A stretch of 12,264 nucleotides of DNA from Gemmatimonadota bacterium (GCA_036679605.1 JAZDCZ010000341.1:1-12264), one strand, 5' to 3'; shown: positions 1 to 9,237, numbered from the stretch's first letter. A program made the numbers and translations. Notes: generated by a model not told the origin, from the sequence alone.

Positions 1-39
1 TGACAATGTGACGGCGCTGAAGGGAAAAACTTGGAACAT
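1..39 (-). CDS. 5' end of DUF4876-like lipoprotein paralog A (runs off the left edge)
   Basis: Minus strand reads ATG TTC CAA GTT TTT CCC TTC AGC GCC GTC ACA TTG TCA = MFQVFPFSAVTLS, homologous to the N-termini of C (MLRVFPSGAVILS) and D (MFRVFSSDAVTLV). GGAGA RBS at 44-48 with the same spacing as in C and D; promoter motif at 88-114. Confidence 0.85.
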   Translation of the reverse strand, partial: MFQVFPFSAVTLS

Positions 40-87
40 CATGTCTCCGGCGGCTCTCGTTTGGATAGATCAGACTTCTGTTATGGA

Positions 88-114
88 AACGATCGAGCGC
101 GGCGTTTTCTGACA
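88..114 (-). promoter_or_regulatory. ECF sigma promoter of paralog A
   Basis: TGTCAGA-AAACGCCGCGCTCGAT-CGTT (16-nt spacer); one of six copies, each upstream of a gene start. Confidence 0.85.
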
Positions 115-116
115 TC

Positions 117-208
117 AGCTGCCACGGATGATTATTAGAGCGCGGATCCGTTCCTCGGTCAGTGCGAGCGGAGCAAATCCGTGCCCGAGTCAATGATCCG
201 CGGCAGCT
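117..208 (-). other. Structured intergenic element (long stem-loop) between paralogs B and A
   Basis: AGCTGCCGCGGAT (208-196) pairs with ATCCGTGGCAGCT (129-117): 13 bp with one G-U. Homologous to 9271-9359. Confidence 0.6.
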
Positions 209-220
209 CATCCAAATGCG

Positions 221-1410
221 TTAGCGGCGGAAAGCTACCGGTGGGATGCCCGGATTGAACGGGCCCACCATGAAATCGGCGGCGCTCGTGCGGGTCCGCT
301 GCAGTATGGCCTGTCCGTTCGTTCTGAATCTTCCACCCGGTCGAATCTCACGTTGACCATGCGAAGACATTCCACAAGCCCAAGCGCCTCGGTATTCAAC
401 CTATCGCGGAATGTGGCGACATCGAGGATCTTGTCGGCCGGGTAGCGTACGAATGCCCTGGGGGTCGCCACACTAGAAGGGTCGAATAGGACAGGCAGCC
501 CCGCGATATCCACTGGTTCGGCAATGAATGGCACCTCGGCACCCCCGCCGAGGGGAAGAAAGAAGAGACCGTGTCCCAGAAGCCACGGCTCCAAGCCCAC
601 GTCGATCATATTGGGCACGGCCGGGTTATCCACGTCCGCGTTGCCGAAGAACTCGAAATCCGCTCCGCTCAGGTCGATAGTTCCCTCCACCAGCGCTGTG
701 TGATCTATCCCATCCGTCGCTACTACCACCGCGGCGCCCGGAGCGAGCGGATGTTCGGTTCCCGAGCCGGGAAACGCGTGCATAAACCGCGCGAAGATGC
801 CTAGGGGGTCGTTTCGCAGCCGGTCATCTGAGCAGGGGCGACCAGTGAGGTCCTTACTAATGCTCCATCCGGCTCCAAAGATCTTGCCGTCCAGGAAAAT
901 CGTCGAGTCACTGTTATTGTAGATCTCTACATAGCCCGGGAAATAGTAGAGACTAGTTTGTGCCGGCGGTACAATAGCGGTAAAATACCACTCGCTGATC
1001 ACCAGGGATCCCGGTCGGTCGGGCGAGAGTTCCAGTATTGCTTGCTGGGGTGCTCCGGTGATCGGGAACTTGCCGCTGCCACCCAGGACACGCACGTCCC
1101 AGCCCGCTGTCTCTGCCTGTGCCAACTCGGCCGGCGTGAGCACCCGGCTCGCCCATGCCTTGTACTCACCCGGCACCAGATTTTCGATGCCGGCCGAGCC
1201 CGCTTCGTCGGTTCGCAGTGTGTCGCGCTGGGTTATCACTGCTCCGCGCTGCAGAATTACTTCAGCGCCAGGAACTCTACCGTCCGTCCAGCCGAGCGCC
1301 TCAGCCAATCCAAGACTAGCGGAGTCCAACATCAGCGTCATGCTGAGCCCGGGCTTTGGCACGTCGCCAGGCTCACCGGGCGCCGTTCCTGGATCGACGA
1401 GCTGAAACAT
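221..1410 (-). pseudogene. DUF4876-like paralog B, disrupted (signal peptide/lipobox deleted, C-terminal frameshift)
   Basis: Has the family motifs LVISEWYF, YVEIYNNSDSTIFLDG, DLSGADFEFF and DVDNPAVPNM. ATG at 1410 aligns with the C and D starts, but MF is joined directly to QLVDP (75 nt missing relative to D). A deletion of about 55 nt relative to D near 330 shifts the frame to a stop at 235; the conserved tail ILQRTRTSAADFMVGPFNPG continues in another frame to TAA at 221-223. Confidence 0.8.
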
Positions 1411-1466
1411 CGCGTGTCCCTTGGCAACTGTTTGACCCCTTGGGGGGATCAGGCCTTTGTTAGAGA

Positions 1467-1493
1467 AACGATCGAGGGCCTCGTTTTCTGACA
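1467..1493 (-). promoter_or_regulatory. ECF sigma promoter of paralog B
   Basis: TGTCAGA-AAACGAGGCCCTCGAT-CGTT, immediately downstream of the anti-sigma stop codon. Confidence 0.85.
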
Positions 1494-1504
1494 GCCCGCT
1501 CCGG

Positions 1505-2281
1505 TCACCGGCCCAAGGGTTTGACCAGATCGATTTCCCAGGTAACAATGCCTCTTGCCTCCGCAATGTTATATCGCGCCACCACCGCTCCACCGACACG
1601 GACTTCCACGACTTTGAGCAGGCGCGGCAACCGGAGTCGGTAACTGGCTGAAGACTCGGGTCTGTTCAGCACCCTCAGGCCCGACCTAAGCACTACGATC
1701 TCGTCCCTGCCGTCACCTCCCATGATCCGGGCAGATGCAGAGCTTGTAGTGTCGGCCACGATGGACACGGTCCCCTCTGATTGTGTCCGAGCAAAGTCGA
1801 TGCGGAACTCCGTACCGGCGGGCACAAAGGTCACAATCGGTGGCGACACCTGAGATCCTAGCTCAGCGGGCTGGGGACCCGCCACCAACGACTTGAGCAT
1901 TTCCCACCTTGCGGCCACCCAGCCGTACGCCGGACCTGCGCTCACAATCACGAATACAACTGCGACAATAGTTGCCACCCATCGGAGAGAACGACGAGAG
2001 AGCCACGCTTGAACCGCTCCATATTTCTCGGCTTTAGGCGCGACAGGCGGGCGCTGCGTCAACCTGGCTTGCGCAGCGAGGGGCTCGTCGAGATCCAACA
2101 GCAAGGCGGAGAACTGTTCGGACAACCGGGCTAGATCATCGCCCCGTCGCCGGCACTGCACACAACCATTCAGATGGTTCTGTAGCACGCGCTGCTCGGC
2201 GTCTTCACACTCACCGTCCAGCAGCCTGATGAGATCGCAGTCCTCTATGTGCGGCTGATCCTGCATCGTCATGAAAATCAT
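1505..2281 (-). CDS. Zinc-binding (ZAS / zf-HC2) membrane-anchored anti-sigma factor, 258 aa
   Basis: ATG at 2281 overlaps the sigma stop (ATGA) and follows a GGAGAGGAG RBS. H..LIRLLDGEC...HLNGCVQC contains HxxxCxxC; one TM segment WVATIVAVVFVIVSAG; C-terminal extracytoplasmic domain. Confidence 0.9.
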   Translation of the reverse strand: MIFMTMQDQPHIEDCDLIRLLDGECEDAEQRVLQNHLNGCVQCRRRGDDLARLSEQFSALLLDLDEPLAAQARLTQRPPVAPKAEKYGAVQAWLSRRSLRWVATIVAVVFVIVSAGPAYGWVAARWEMLKSLVAGPQPAELGSQVSPPIVTFVPAGTEFRIDFARTQSEGTVSIVADTTSSASARIMGGDGRDEIVVLRSGLRVLNRPESSASYRLRLPRLLKVVEVRVGGAVVARYNIAEARGIVTWEIDLVKPLGR

Positions 2282-2772
2282 GACAGCTCCTCTCCCGCCT
2301 GCTCTAATTCGCTTGCGAGTCTTTCCAACGCTCTGACAGTCATTGTCCCGACTGACTTGGTGGTGGTACCGACGGCTTGCGCGATCTCGCGCTGAGTAAA
2401 GCCTTCCTCCCGCATGAGAAGCACAATCCGCTGCTTGGGCGTCAGCTTCATGAGCAGGCGCCGCACGTTGCGGCAGCGCTCCTCCCGCTCCACCGTCGCC
2501 TGCGGGTCGGGCGGCGGATCCCCGACCAGGGCGCGCGGTACGACATCGGACTGCAGAGCGACGTGCCGCTTTCTCCAACGGTCGCGCACGACGTTCGTCG
2601 CGACAGTGAAGAGCCAAGCCCGCATGTTGTCCCTGCGTTCGGGCGGACGTTCGAGCAGCCGCAGATAGGTTTCCTGAGCCGCGTCGGCCGCGTCGTCACT
2701 GTCCCCGGTATAGCGGGTCAGATATCGCAGCAGCGCGGGATAATGCTGATCGAACAGCGATTCTACGTCCAT
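2278..2772 (-). CDS. ECF-type RNA polymerase sigma-70 factor, 164 aa
   Basis: Region 2: LFDQHYPALLRYL..DAADAAQETYLRL..AWLFTVATNVVRDRWRK. Region 4: LTPKQRIVLLMREEGFTQREIAQAVG. Translationally coupled to the anti-sigma gene. Confidence 0.95.
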   Translation of the reverse strand: MDVESLFDQHYPALLRYLTRYTGDSDDAADAAQETYLRLLERPPERRDNMRAWLFTVATNVVRDRWRKRHVALQSDVVPRALVGDPPPDPQATVEREERCRNVRRLLMKLTPKQRIVLLMREEGFTQREIAQAVGTTTKSVGTMTVRALERLASELEQAGEELS

Positions 2773-2871
2773 CGGGCTAAAATGTCACTCTTCGTGTCGC
2801 TCCTATTCCAGATGCACGATCCCCACGACCTATCCAGGCGCCGGCCTGCCACTCCGACCTTCTACTAGAGC

Positions 2872-2898
2872 AACGATCGACGGCCCCGTTTTCTGACA
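2872..2898 (-). promoter_or_regulatory. Autoregulatory ECF promoter of the sigma/anti-sigma operon
   Basis: TGTCAGA-AAACGGGGCCGTCGAT-CGTT, about 100 nt upstream of the sigma ATG. Confidence 0.85.
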
Positions 2899-2975
2899 TC
2901 CACCACCCAACACCTGCCGAATCAAACCATTTTGCAGCACCGCCGCCACATTCGGGCTTGCGGAACCGCCTCCTC

Positions 2976-3002
2976 TGTCAGAATCTGGGGGGCTCGATCG
3001 TT
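2976..3002 (+). promoter_or_regulatory. ECF promoter of the TonB-dependent receptor operon
   Basis: TGTCAGA-ATCTGGGGGGCTCGAT-CGTT on the + strand, about 60 nt upstream of the receptor start; back-to-back with the sigma promoter. Confidence 0.85.
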
Positions 3003-3061
3003 ATTCCTTTGTAAGAGCGACATCCTGGACCAAGACGAGTCTCCTTACTAAGAGTGAAATT

Positions 3062-6000
3062 GTGCTTATAGACGAATTCAAAGCGTTCAGATCGCCGGTG
3101 TTTCGCGTGCTCATTGTCGCGACTCTGCTGTCTTCTGTATATGCCGGCTCGGCTCATGCCCAAGACCGGCCTGTGGTGCCGAAGACGGGCGGCAGTGTCT
3201 CCGGCAGGGTGCTGGCTGCCGACGGATCGGAGCCGCTGGTAGATGCGCTGGTCACGTTGATAGCCCTCTCCGGACAGCGCGGCCCTACGACCGAGGCGCC
3301 ATCGTTTCGTACGAGCCAGGACGGCAGGTACCGTTTTGCCGGCCTGGCGCCGGGCAAATACCGACTCCTCGTCACACACGACGGCTTCCTGCCTGTAGCG
3401 TTTGAGGTGCAAGTGACCGGCGTTAGCGACATTAACTTGTCGGCCGCTCTGGACCTGGTCGCCGTACATCTGGCGCAGTTGGGCCAGGACACTGCTACGG
3501 TGGTCACCGGCCGAGTAATCGACAACAAGACCGGTCAACCTGTACCAAATACCGAGGTCTCGATCGAGGGCACGAACCTCAGGACGGTGACCGACGCGGA
3601 TGGCAGATTCTGGCTGGTGAGTGTACCGCCCGGCCCGCAGACGCTCCACACCCGTCGCATCGGCTACGCACCAACGCGGCGCGCTATCGTAGTGCCGGCC
3701 CGCGGAACCGTGACGCAGGAACTCCAAATAGCTTCAAGTGCTCTGCTCGTGGAAGGGGTGGTAGTGACCGCCGATCCGCTGAGCCGGGCACGTGGGGAGC
3801 TGGGCACCGCAAGTGTGGTGGACCGCGAGGCAATCGCCAATCAGATGACAGCGAGTCTCGCGGGCGTCTTGGAACTGACTCCGGGCGTTCCACTGGCGCC
3901 GCCCGGCCTGGACGGTGTTCAACAGATCACGCTGCGCTCGGTTCCAACCTCCAGTGTAACAGCAGGATTTAACAGCGTGACAGCCGGTGGCCCTTCGGCA
4001 GCCGATCTCGCTGCTTTCGGCACGCTGATCATTCTGGACGGCGTGCCCGTCTCGAACAACGCCAACCTCCAGCGTGCGGGGCGCTCGGGGTTCGGAGCCT
4101 CGAACGCGGGCGGCGGCATCGATTTGAGACGCATCCCGGCCGCCACATTGGAGCGCGTCGAGGTCATCCGGGGAATACCGTCAGCTCGCTTTGGTGACCT
4201 CACACAGGGCGTGATTATTGTCGATACACGAGCCGGCGTAGTTGATCCGACTCCGGTCGTCCGATATGACGATCGCACCGTGGAGGCAAGCATTGTGGCG
4301 GGACGATCCTTCACCAGCGAAGCACAAACCGCAACCGCCACATTCGACATTGCGCGAACCCGACTGGCACCCGGCGTAACCGACGACGACGGATTCCGAC
4401 TCGCCAGCCAGTTCGCACACCGACTCTCGCTCGGTCGTGATGGGTTGGGAGAAAACGCAAAGCTGATTATGGATACCCGCGTCGATGTTTTCCAGTTGTT
4501 CGACGACCGCCCGGAGCAACCGGATCTACGCCCGGGTGTTGCGTCACGCAACCGGGATTCCGGCGTGCGCGTCTCCGAACGTGCGCGTCTGAGCCTCGGC
4601 AATGAGTCGCGCCTCGAACTTACGGCAGCAGTGAGTCGCCAGCGCCAGCGACGGTTCAATCAATTACCAGTCATAACCGGTGCGACCCCTTTCACCGACC
4701 GGTTGACCGAAGGGCGTTCGGTGGGACGCTTTATTGGCGGACAATTCATCACACGTCTAGACGTGGACGACGACCCCTGGCTCGTCTTCGGCCGGCTCGA
4801 GGCGACTGCCCCGAAACGAATCCTGGGGCTCAAGCACTCGGTTACCGGAGGCGTGGAACTACGCCGCGAGTGGAACTCCGGACCCGGGTTTCAGTTCGAC
4901 ATCGACAAGCCTCTAGGGGGCTCATTCAACGGCGTGCGCGGATTTGACCGCCCGCGCCGCGCCGACGACGTGCCGCCTTTAGCTGCCGGTGGGCTATACG
5001 TGTCCGACCGAATTCGCAGCATGCTCCCGGGCGGAGTGGGGCTGGATGTGCAGGCGGGCCTCAGACTCGATTTCCTGAACGATGGCACCAATTGGTTTTC
5101 GGGCTTTCGCGACCAGTCCTTCCAGCCCCGTCTCAACGTCCAGCTAACACCAAGCCGCTGGGTCCGTCTGAGGGCCGGCTGGGGTCGCCTGGCCAAACTA
5201 CCGAGCTTGGCGCAGCTGTCACCGGACCCGCAGTTCTTCGACGTGGTGAATGTGAATCGTTTCACCACCGATCCCGCCGAGCGGCTGGCGGTGCTAACGA
5301 CGTTCATCCGCGACCCCACCAATCCCAATCTGGGATTGTCGAATGCCCGCAAAGCGGAGGTCGGCGCGGAGTTCGTGTTGGGGAATACGGGCGGTGCAAT
5401 ATCCGTGGTGGTGTTCTCCGAGCGACTGACCGATGCGGTGGGCCTCCGGTTCCAACCCAGTTCACTGCTGCGCGAGCACTTCGATCTGTCGGATTCGACC
5501 TTGGGTACCGGAGTTCCGCCCACCATCATCGAGCCTGCGGCGTTCGTGGACACGGTGCCTATCCTGATACAGCAGCCCGCAAACAATTTCACGGTCAAGA
5601 CTCGTGGAGTCGAGTTTACGGCATTTCTTCCTCAACTGAAAGTCATAAGTACGAACCTCGAGGTTCAGGGGTCATGGATCAAGGAGGAATTGTCTGCCGA
5701 TGGAATCGAATTTGGTGCACTGGCCGATTTCGAGAATTTTCAATTCAACGGGACCACTCCGCGCGTGCCTTTTTGGGACGGCAGGTCGCCGACGGGTGTG
5801 CGCGCAATCTTTACCTATCGCATAATCCACCATCAACCCCGTTTGGGTCTGGTCATCACGGGCACTCTGCAGCACTACGCCAAAGAAACCCGCAGAGATG
5901 TCGGCGCGAGCGACACGCTGTCGTTCGCGGGTTTCATGAACAGGGACGGGAGTCTGGTGCGGATTCGCCCGGAAGATCGTACCGACGCTCAATTCGCCGA

Positions 6001-6232
6001 TCTGCGCCGCCCGCGCGCGGGATTGGAGAATTTCAGGGTACCGGCGGACTGGCTGCTGAGCCTCCAGGTCAGCAAGACACTGCCGCTGGACGGGCGATTT
6101 TCCTTCTACGCATTCAATGCACTGGACCGCTCGGGCAAGATCACAATACGAGGGGCACGACCCTTCGCGGGCATCCGTTTCGGCATGGAGTTGACGATGC
6201 CCTTGAACCTCCGTAGGGGCCCGCCCAGGTGA
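3062..6232 (+). CDS. TonB-dependent receptor with two N-terminal carboxypeptidase-regulatory-like domains, 1056 aa
   Basis: Signal peptide ending SAHA|QD. Two tandem G.V.G.V...T..DG.(Y/F)...PG domains; VVVTA TonB-box-like segment; plug motifs (LIILDGVPVSNNAN, LERVEVIRGIPSARFGDLTQGVIIVDT); barrel motifs (AGLRLD, QPRLN, LRAGWG, NPNL). Start may instead be the GTG at 3098. Confidence 0.93.
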   Translation: MLIDEFKAFRSPVFRVLIVATLLSSVYAGSAHAQDRPVVPKTGGSVSGRVLAADGSEPLVDALVTLIALSGQRGPTTEAPSFRTSQDGRYRFAGLAPGKYRLLVTHDGFLPVAFEVQVTGVSDINLSAALDLVAVHLAQLGQDTATVVTGRVIDNKTGQPVPNTEVSIEGTNLRTVTDADGRFWLVSVPPGPQTLHTRRIGYAPTRRAIVVPARGTVTQELQIASSALLVEGVVVTADPLSRARGELGTASVVDREAIANQMTASLAGVLELTPGVPLAPPGLDGVQQITLRSVPTSSVTAGFNSVTAGGPSAADLAAFGTLIILDGVPVSNNANLQRAGRSGFGASNAGGGIDLRRIPAATLERVEVIRGIPSARFGDLTQGVIIVDTRAGVVDPTPVVRYDDRTVEASIVAGRSFTSEAQTATATFDIARTRLAPGVTDDDGFRLASQFAHRLSLGRDGLGENAKLIMDTRVDVFQLFDDRPEQPDLRPGVASRNRDSGVRVSERARLSLGNESRLELTAAVSRQRQRRFNQLPVITGATPFTDRLTEGRSVGRFIGGQFITRLDVDDDPWLVFGRLEATAPKRILGLKHSVTGGVELRREWNSGPGFQFDIDKPLGGSFNGVRGFDRPRRADDVPPLAAGGLYVSDRIRSMLPGGVGLDVQAGLRLDFLNDGTNWFSGFRDQSFQPRLNVQLTPSRWVRLRAGWGRLAKLPSLAQLSPDPQFFDVVNVNRFTTDPAERLAVLTTFIRDPTNPNLGLSNARKAEVGAEFVLGNTGGAISVVVFSERLTDAVGLRFQPSSLLREHFDLSDSTLGTGVPPTIIEPAAFVDTVPILIQQPANNFTVKTRGVEFTAFLPQLKVISTNLEVQGSWIKEELSADGIEFGALADFENFQFNGTTPRVPFWDGRSPTGVRAIFTYRIIHHQPRLGLVITGTLQHYAKETRRDVGASDTLSFAGFMNRDGSLVRIRPEDRTDAQFADLRRPRAGLENFRVPADWLLSLQVSKTLPLDGRFSFYAFNALDRSGKITIRGARPFAGIRFGMELTMPLNLRRGPPR

Positions 6233-7845
6233 AATCAATCATCTTCGCTTTCCTGTCGGCCGTGCTCGGAATCGGCACACTGACGGCGCAGTCGCTCGAT
6301 CCGTCACTGGTTCCCGACCGATACGACCGGCCGGCTTGGACGCAGCAGTGGAGCCCTCTCATTCCGTTCGGACAACTGTCACGCAGACCGCCCAGCGCCC
6401 CGGGCCGGCTCGGTTTGCTGCTCTATCCCGATCCACCGGTCGGTCTGTTTTGGACGGCAGCCAATCCGGCGGCACTGGCATTTGAGATCGGTGCCGGCAG
6501 AACCGAATTCATCGCCTCGCTGGCACGCGAGCATGGCGACTTCCGACGACCACTGGACCCCGAGCGCGTTACCGAACGCGGCGTTTCGGCACTCTCATGG
6601 ACACCACTGAGTGACAGGGCGGGCGTTATCGGCCAACTGGTTCTAGATGAACGACTGTTCGATGGCATACGTGCCGACCAGCTCGATCCGCACGGCAGCG
6701 CACCGTTCGCGGTGTCGGATACAGGAGCGTCCAACCTGCGCTCCACCAAAGCGCGCATCGAGGCGGCCGGTGGCTGGCGCGTCGGGTCCTGGGCTCTGGG
6801 CCTATCTGGAGGACTGGAAGCCGTGACGCTTCGTACACGGCGCGACCCTGTGCCCACCGTCGATCGCGCCGCGCGGCCCGCAGCGGCGGCAGGTTTGGCT
6901 CGACATTTCGGGTTGGGAGACCTGGTGGTCGGGCTCCACGGACGCTGGCAAAGAGACGTGGAAACTCTGATAATGGGGAGCGCTCCATTCGGGGGCATCG
7001 TGCATCGAATCGACGGTTTTACCGAACCGATTGCTACTGATTTGACGCCACCGGCCAGCTTTGCCCGTAGGATCGAACGACATTCTCTAGCCGGCGGAGT
7101 GGGCTTGGCCGTCACCATGTTCAACATTCGGTGGGTCGCGTTCGGTCAGCGGACGCGATACCGTGATGAGCAATCTAAGGACACACGCTCCCCGATCCTC
7201 GACAAGTGGCGCGCAACCGGCCTGGATCTGGGAGGAGCCTTGCAGCGCGCGATAACAGATCGAGCGCTGTTAACGCTCAACGTTCGTTGGAGAGATGTCG
7301 ATGGCCAGGCGCGCAAGCCCGATCTGCCGGGCAACGTGTTTGTCGCAGACGAACAAGCGTGGTCGGTGAATCTGGAGACGCGCTTCCACGGACTGCCGAA
7401 GGAATGGTCACTGGCTACGGCGATCTCGTTCCAGCGGGAGAAACGTCGCAGGCGCGATGTGATCGCCGAGGTGTTGACCGATATTCGGTCGTCCAATTTC
7501 GGGGTCAACTTGGAAGTCGCGCGTCGGCTCAGTAATTCGCTGGGGCTTTCAGCCGCGTACGCACGATCGTTTTATACCGCCGAGGGAACCATCCCCCGAC
7601 CGGGAGCACTGGGCCCCCTCTTTGGTGAATTGATTGCGCCGGAGCTTGCTCTTTACCTCACCGACACGCAGCCCGAGGCCGCCCGGTTCGCAGTTCAGTG
7701 GCAGTCCAACCCATCAACCGCGATTGTTGTACAGGCTCGCTACGAAACCTTGGCCCCATCCGACGACGCCGCATCCCGCCTATCATTTGCACCGGGCGGC
7801 GATCGCAGCGGTTGGCGCCTGCGCTTCGGTGTGATACTGCAATGA
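6229..7845 (+). CDS. Outer-membrane beta-barrel protein (possibly DUF6850-like), 538 aa
   Basis: GTG start overlaps the receptor stop (GTGA). Signal peptide MKSIIFAFLSAVLGIGTLTA|QS; NPAALAF motif; many amphipathic beta strands; terminal strand WRLRFGVILQ. The DUF6850 label is recalled from TBDT-DUF4876-DUF6850 synteny, not searched. Confidence 0.75.
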   Translation: MKSIIFAFLSAVLGIGTLTAQSLDPSLVPDRYDRPAWTQQWSPLIPFGQLSRRPPSAPGRLGLLLYPDPPVGLFWTAANPAALAFEIGAGRTEFIASLAREHGDFRRPLDPERVTERGVSALSWTPLSDRAGVIGQLVLDERLFDGIRADQLDPHGSAPFAVSDTGASNLRSTKARIEAAGGWRVGSWALGLSGGLEAVTLRTRRDPVPTVDRAARPAAAAGLARHFGLGDLVVGLHGRWQRDVETLIMGSAPFGGIVHRIDGFTEPIATDLTPPASFARRIERHSLAGGVGLAVTMFNIRWVAFGQRTRYRDEQSKDTRSPILDKWRATGLDLGGALQRAITDRALLTLNVRWRDVDGQARKPDLPGNVFVADEQAWSVNLETRFHGLPKEWSLATAISFQREKRRRRDVIAEVLTDIRSSNFGVNLEVARRLSNSLGLSAAYARSFYTAEGTIPRPGALGPLFGELIAPELALYLTDTQPEAARFAVQWQSNPSTAIVVQARYETLAPSDDAASRLSFAPGGDRSGWRLRFGVILQ

Positions 7846-7865
7846 ACGGACGACCTAGCCGTCGA

Positions 7866-9178
7866 CTAGCGGCGCAAAGCTACCGGAACGATACCGGGGC
7901 TGAACGGCCCCACCATGAAGTCTGCGGCGCTCGTGCGAGTGCGCTGGAGAATGGCTTGTCCGTTCGCCCTGAACCCCGCCACGCGGCGGTGAGTCGATAC
8001 CATATCACAGCGGCACCCCGGAAAAAGTATCCTTCTACCCGGTCAAATCTCACGTTGACCGAGCGAACGCATTCCGTAAACCTGTCACCAGATAACGTAT
8101 GGCGAAATGTGGCGACATCAATGATCTTGTCTGCTGGGTAGCGTGCGAATTTCCTGGGGCTCGCCACACTGGAAGGGTCGAATAGGACAGGCAGCCCCGC
8201 GATATCCACTGGTTCGGCAATGAACGCCACCTCAGTCGAGACGAAGGGCGCAAACAAGATACCGTGCCCGAAGAAAAATGGCGCCAAGCCCACGTCGATC
8301 ATGTTGGGCACGGCCGGATTATCCACGTCGCTGGGACCGAAGAACTCGAAATCGGCTCCGCTCAGGTCGAGCCCTCCCTCCACCAGCGCGGAGTGATCTA
8401 TCGCATCCGTCGCTACTACCACTGCGGCGCCCGGAGCGAGCGGATGCTCTGTGCCGGAGCCGGGAAACGCGTGCACATAGCGCGCAAATATGCCCAAAGG
8501 ATCGTTTCGCAGCCGGTCATCTGAACAGGGCCGAAACTGCGAGTCAAAACTTATGCCCCAGCCAGCCCCAAAGATCTTGCCGTCCAGGAAAATCGTCGAG
8601 TCGCTGTTATTATAGATCTCTACATAGCCACTAAAGACGTAGTTACTTGTCGTTCCCGGTGGCTGAATAGAGGTAAAATACCACTCGCTGATCACCAGGG
8701 ATCCCGGTCGGTCGGTCGAGAGTTGCAGCACCGCCTGCTGGGGTCCTCCTGTGATCGGAAACTTGTCGCCTCCGCCCAGGACACGCACGTCCCAGCCCGC
8801 CGCCGCTGCCTGCGCCCGCTCGGCCGGCGTGAGCGAGCGGCTCGCCCATGCCTTGTACTGCCCAGGCACCAGCTTCTCGACTCCAGCCGAGCCCGTTTTG
8901 TCGGTTCTTAGAGTGTCGCGCTGGGTTATTACCCCCCCGCGCTGCAGGATTACTTCGACATCCGGAATCCTCCCATCCGTCCAGCCCAGCACCGTCGCCA
9001 GTCCAAGACTCGCGGAATCCAACTTGACCCTCATGCTGAGCCCAGGCTTTGGGACATCGCCAGGCTCACCGGGCACCGTTCCTGGATCGACGACCTCAGT
9101 ACCGCCGGATGAGCATGCTCCGAGGTACATCAATAGCAGTGACAATATGACGGCACCGGAAGGAAAGACTCGTAACAT
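7866..9178 (-). pseudogene. DUF4876-like lipoprotein paralog C, frameshifted near the C-terminus
   Basis: GGAGA RBS, ATG at 9178, signal peptide with lipobox LGA|C. Frame is intact to VEGYFF (about 8020) and then out of register, ending at 7880. The conserved tail VSTHRRVAGFRANGQAILQRTRTSAADFMVGPFSPG lies in another frame ending in TAG at 7866-7868. Could be a single-base sequencing error. Confidence 0.7.
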
Positions 9179-9237
9179 CGCGTCTCCGTTGGCAACTGTT
9201 TGACCCCTTGCGGGCAGGATCAGCCCTTTGTTAGAGA

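Noticed and set aside
235..330. Similar SWW-containing C-terminal tails of B and C as a genuine alternative C-terminus
   Set aside because: Substitutions are synonymous in the other frame (31/35 aa identical there), which is also the frame used by D; the tails are frameshift by-products.
1450..1466. Integron attC-like TCTAACAA next to the repeated genes
   Set aside because: No matching GTTRRRY end or attC-type hairpin and no integrase; the sequence is part of the promoter/TSS region.
1411..1599. N-terminal extension of ORF 235..1599
   Set aside because: It runs through the promoter motif and overlaps the anti-sigma gene; paralog alignment places the start at 1410.
2282..2617. N-terminal extension of ORF 1505..2617
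   Set aside because: Alternative frame inside the sigma gene; the coupled ATG at 2281 with RBS is the credible start.
5092..6216. 374-aa overlapping ORF and the other alternative-frame or antisense ORFs over the main genes
   Set aside because: Shadow ORFs expected in GC-rich coding DNA; no recognisable motifs or RBS.
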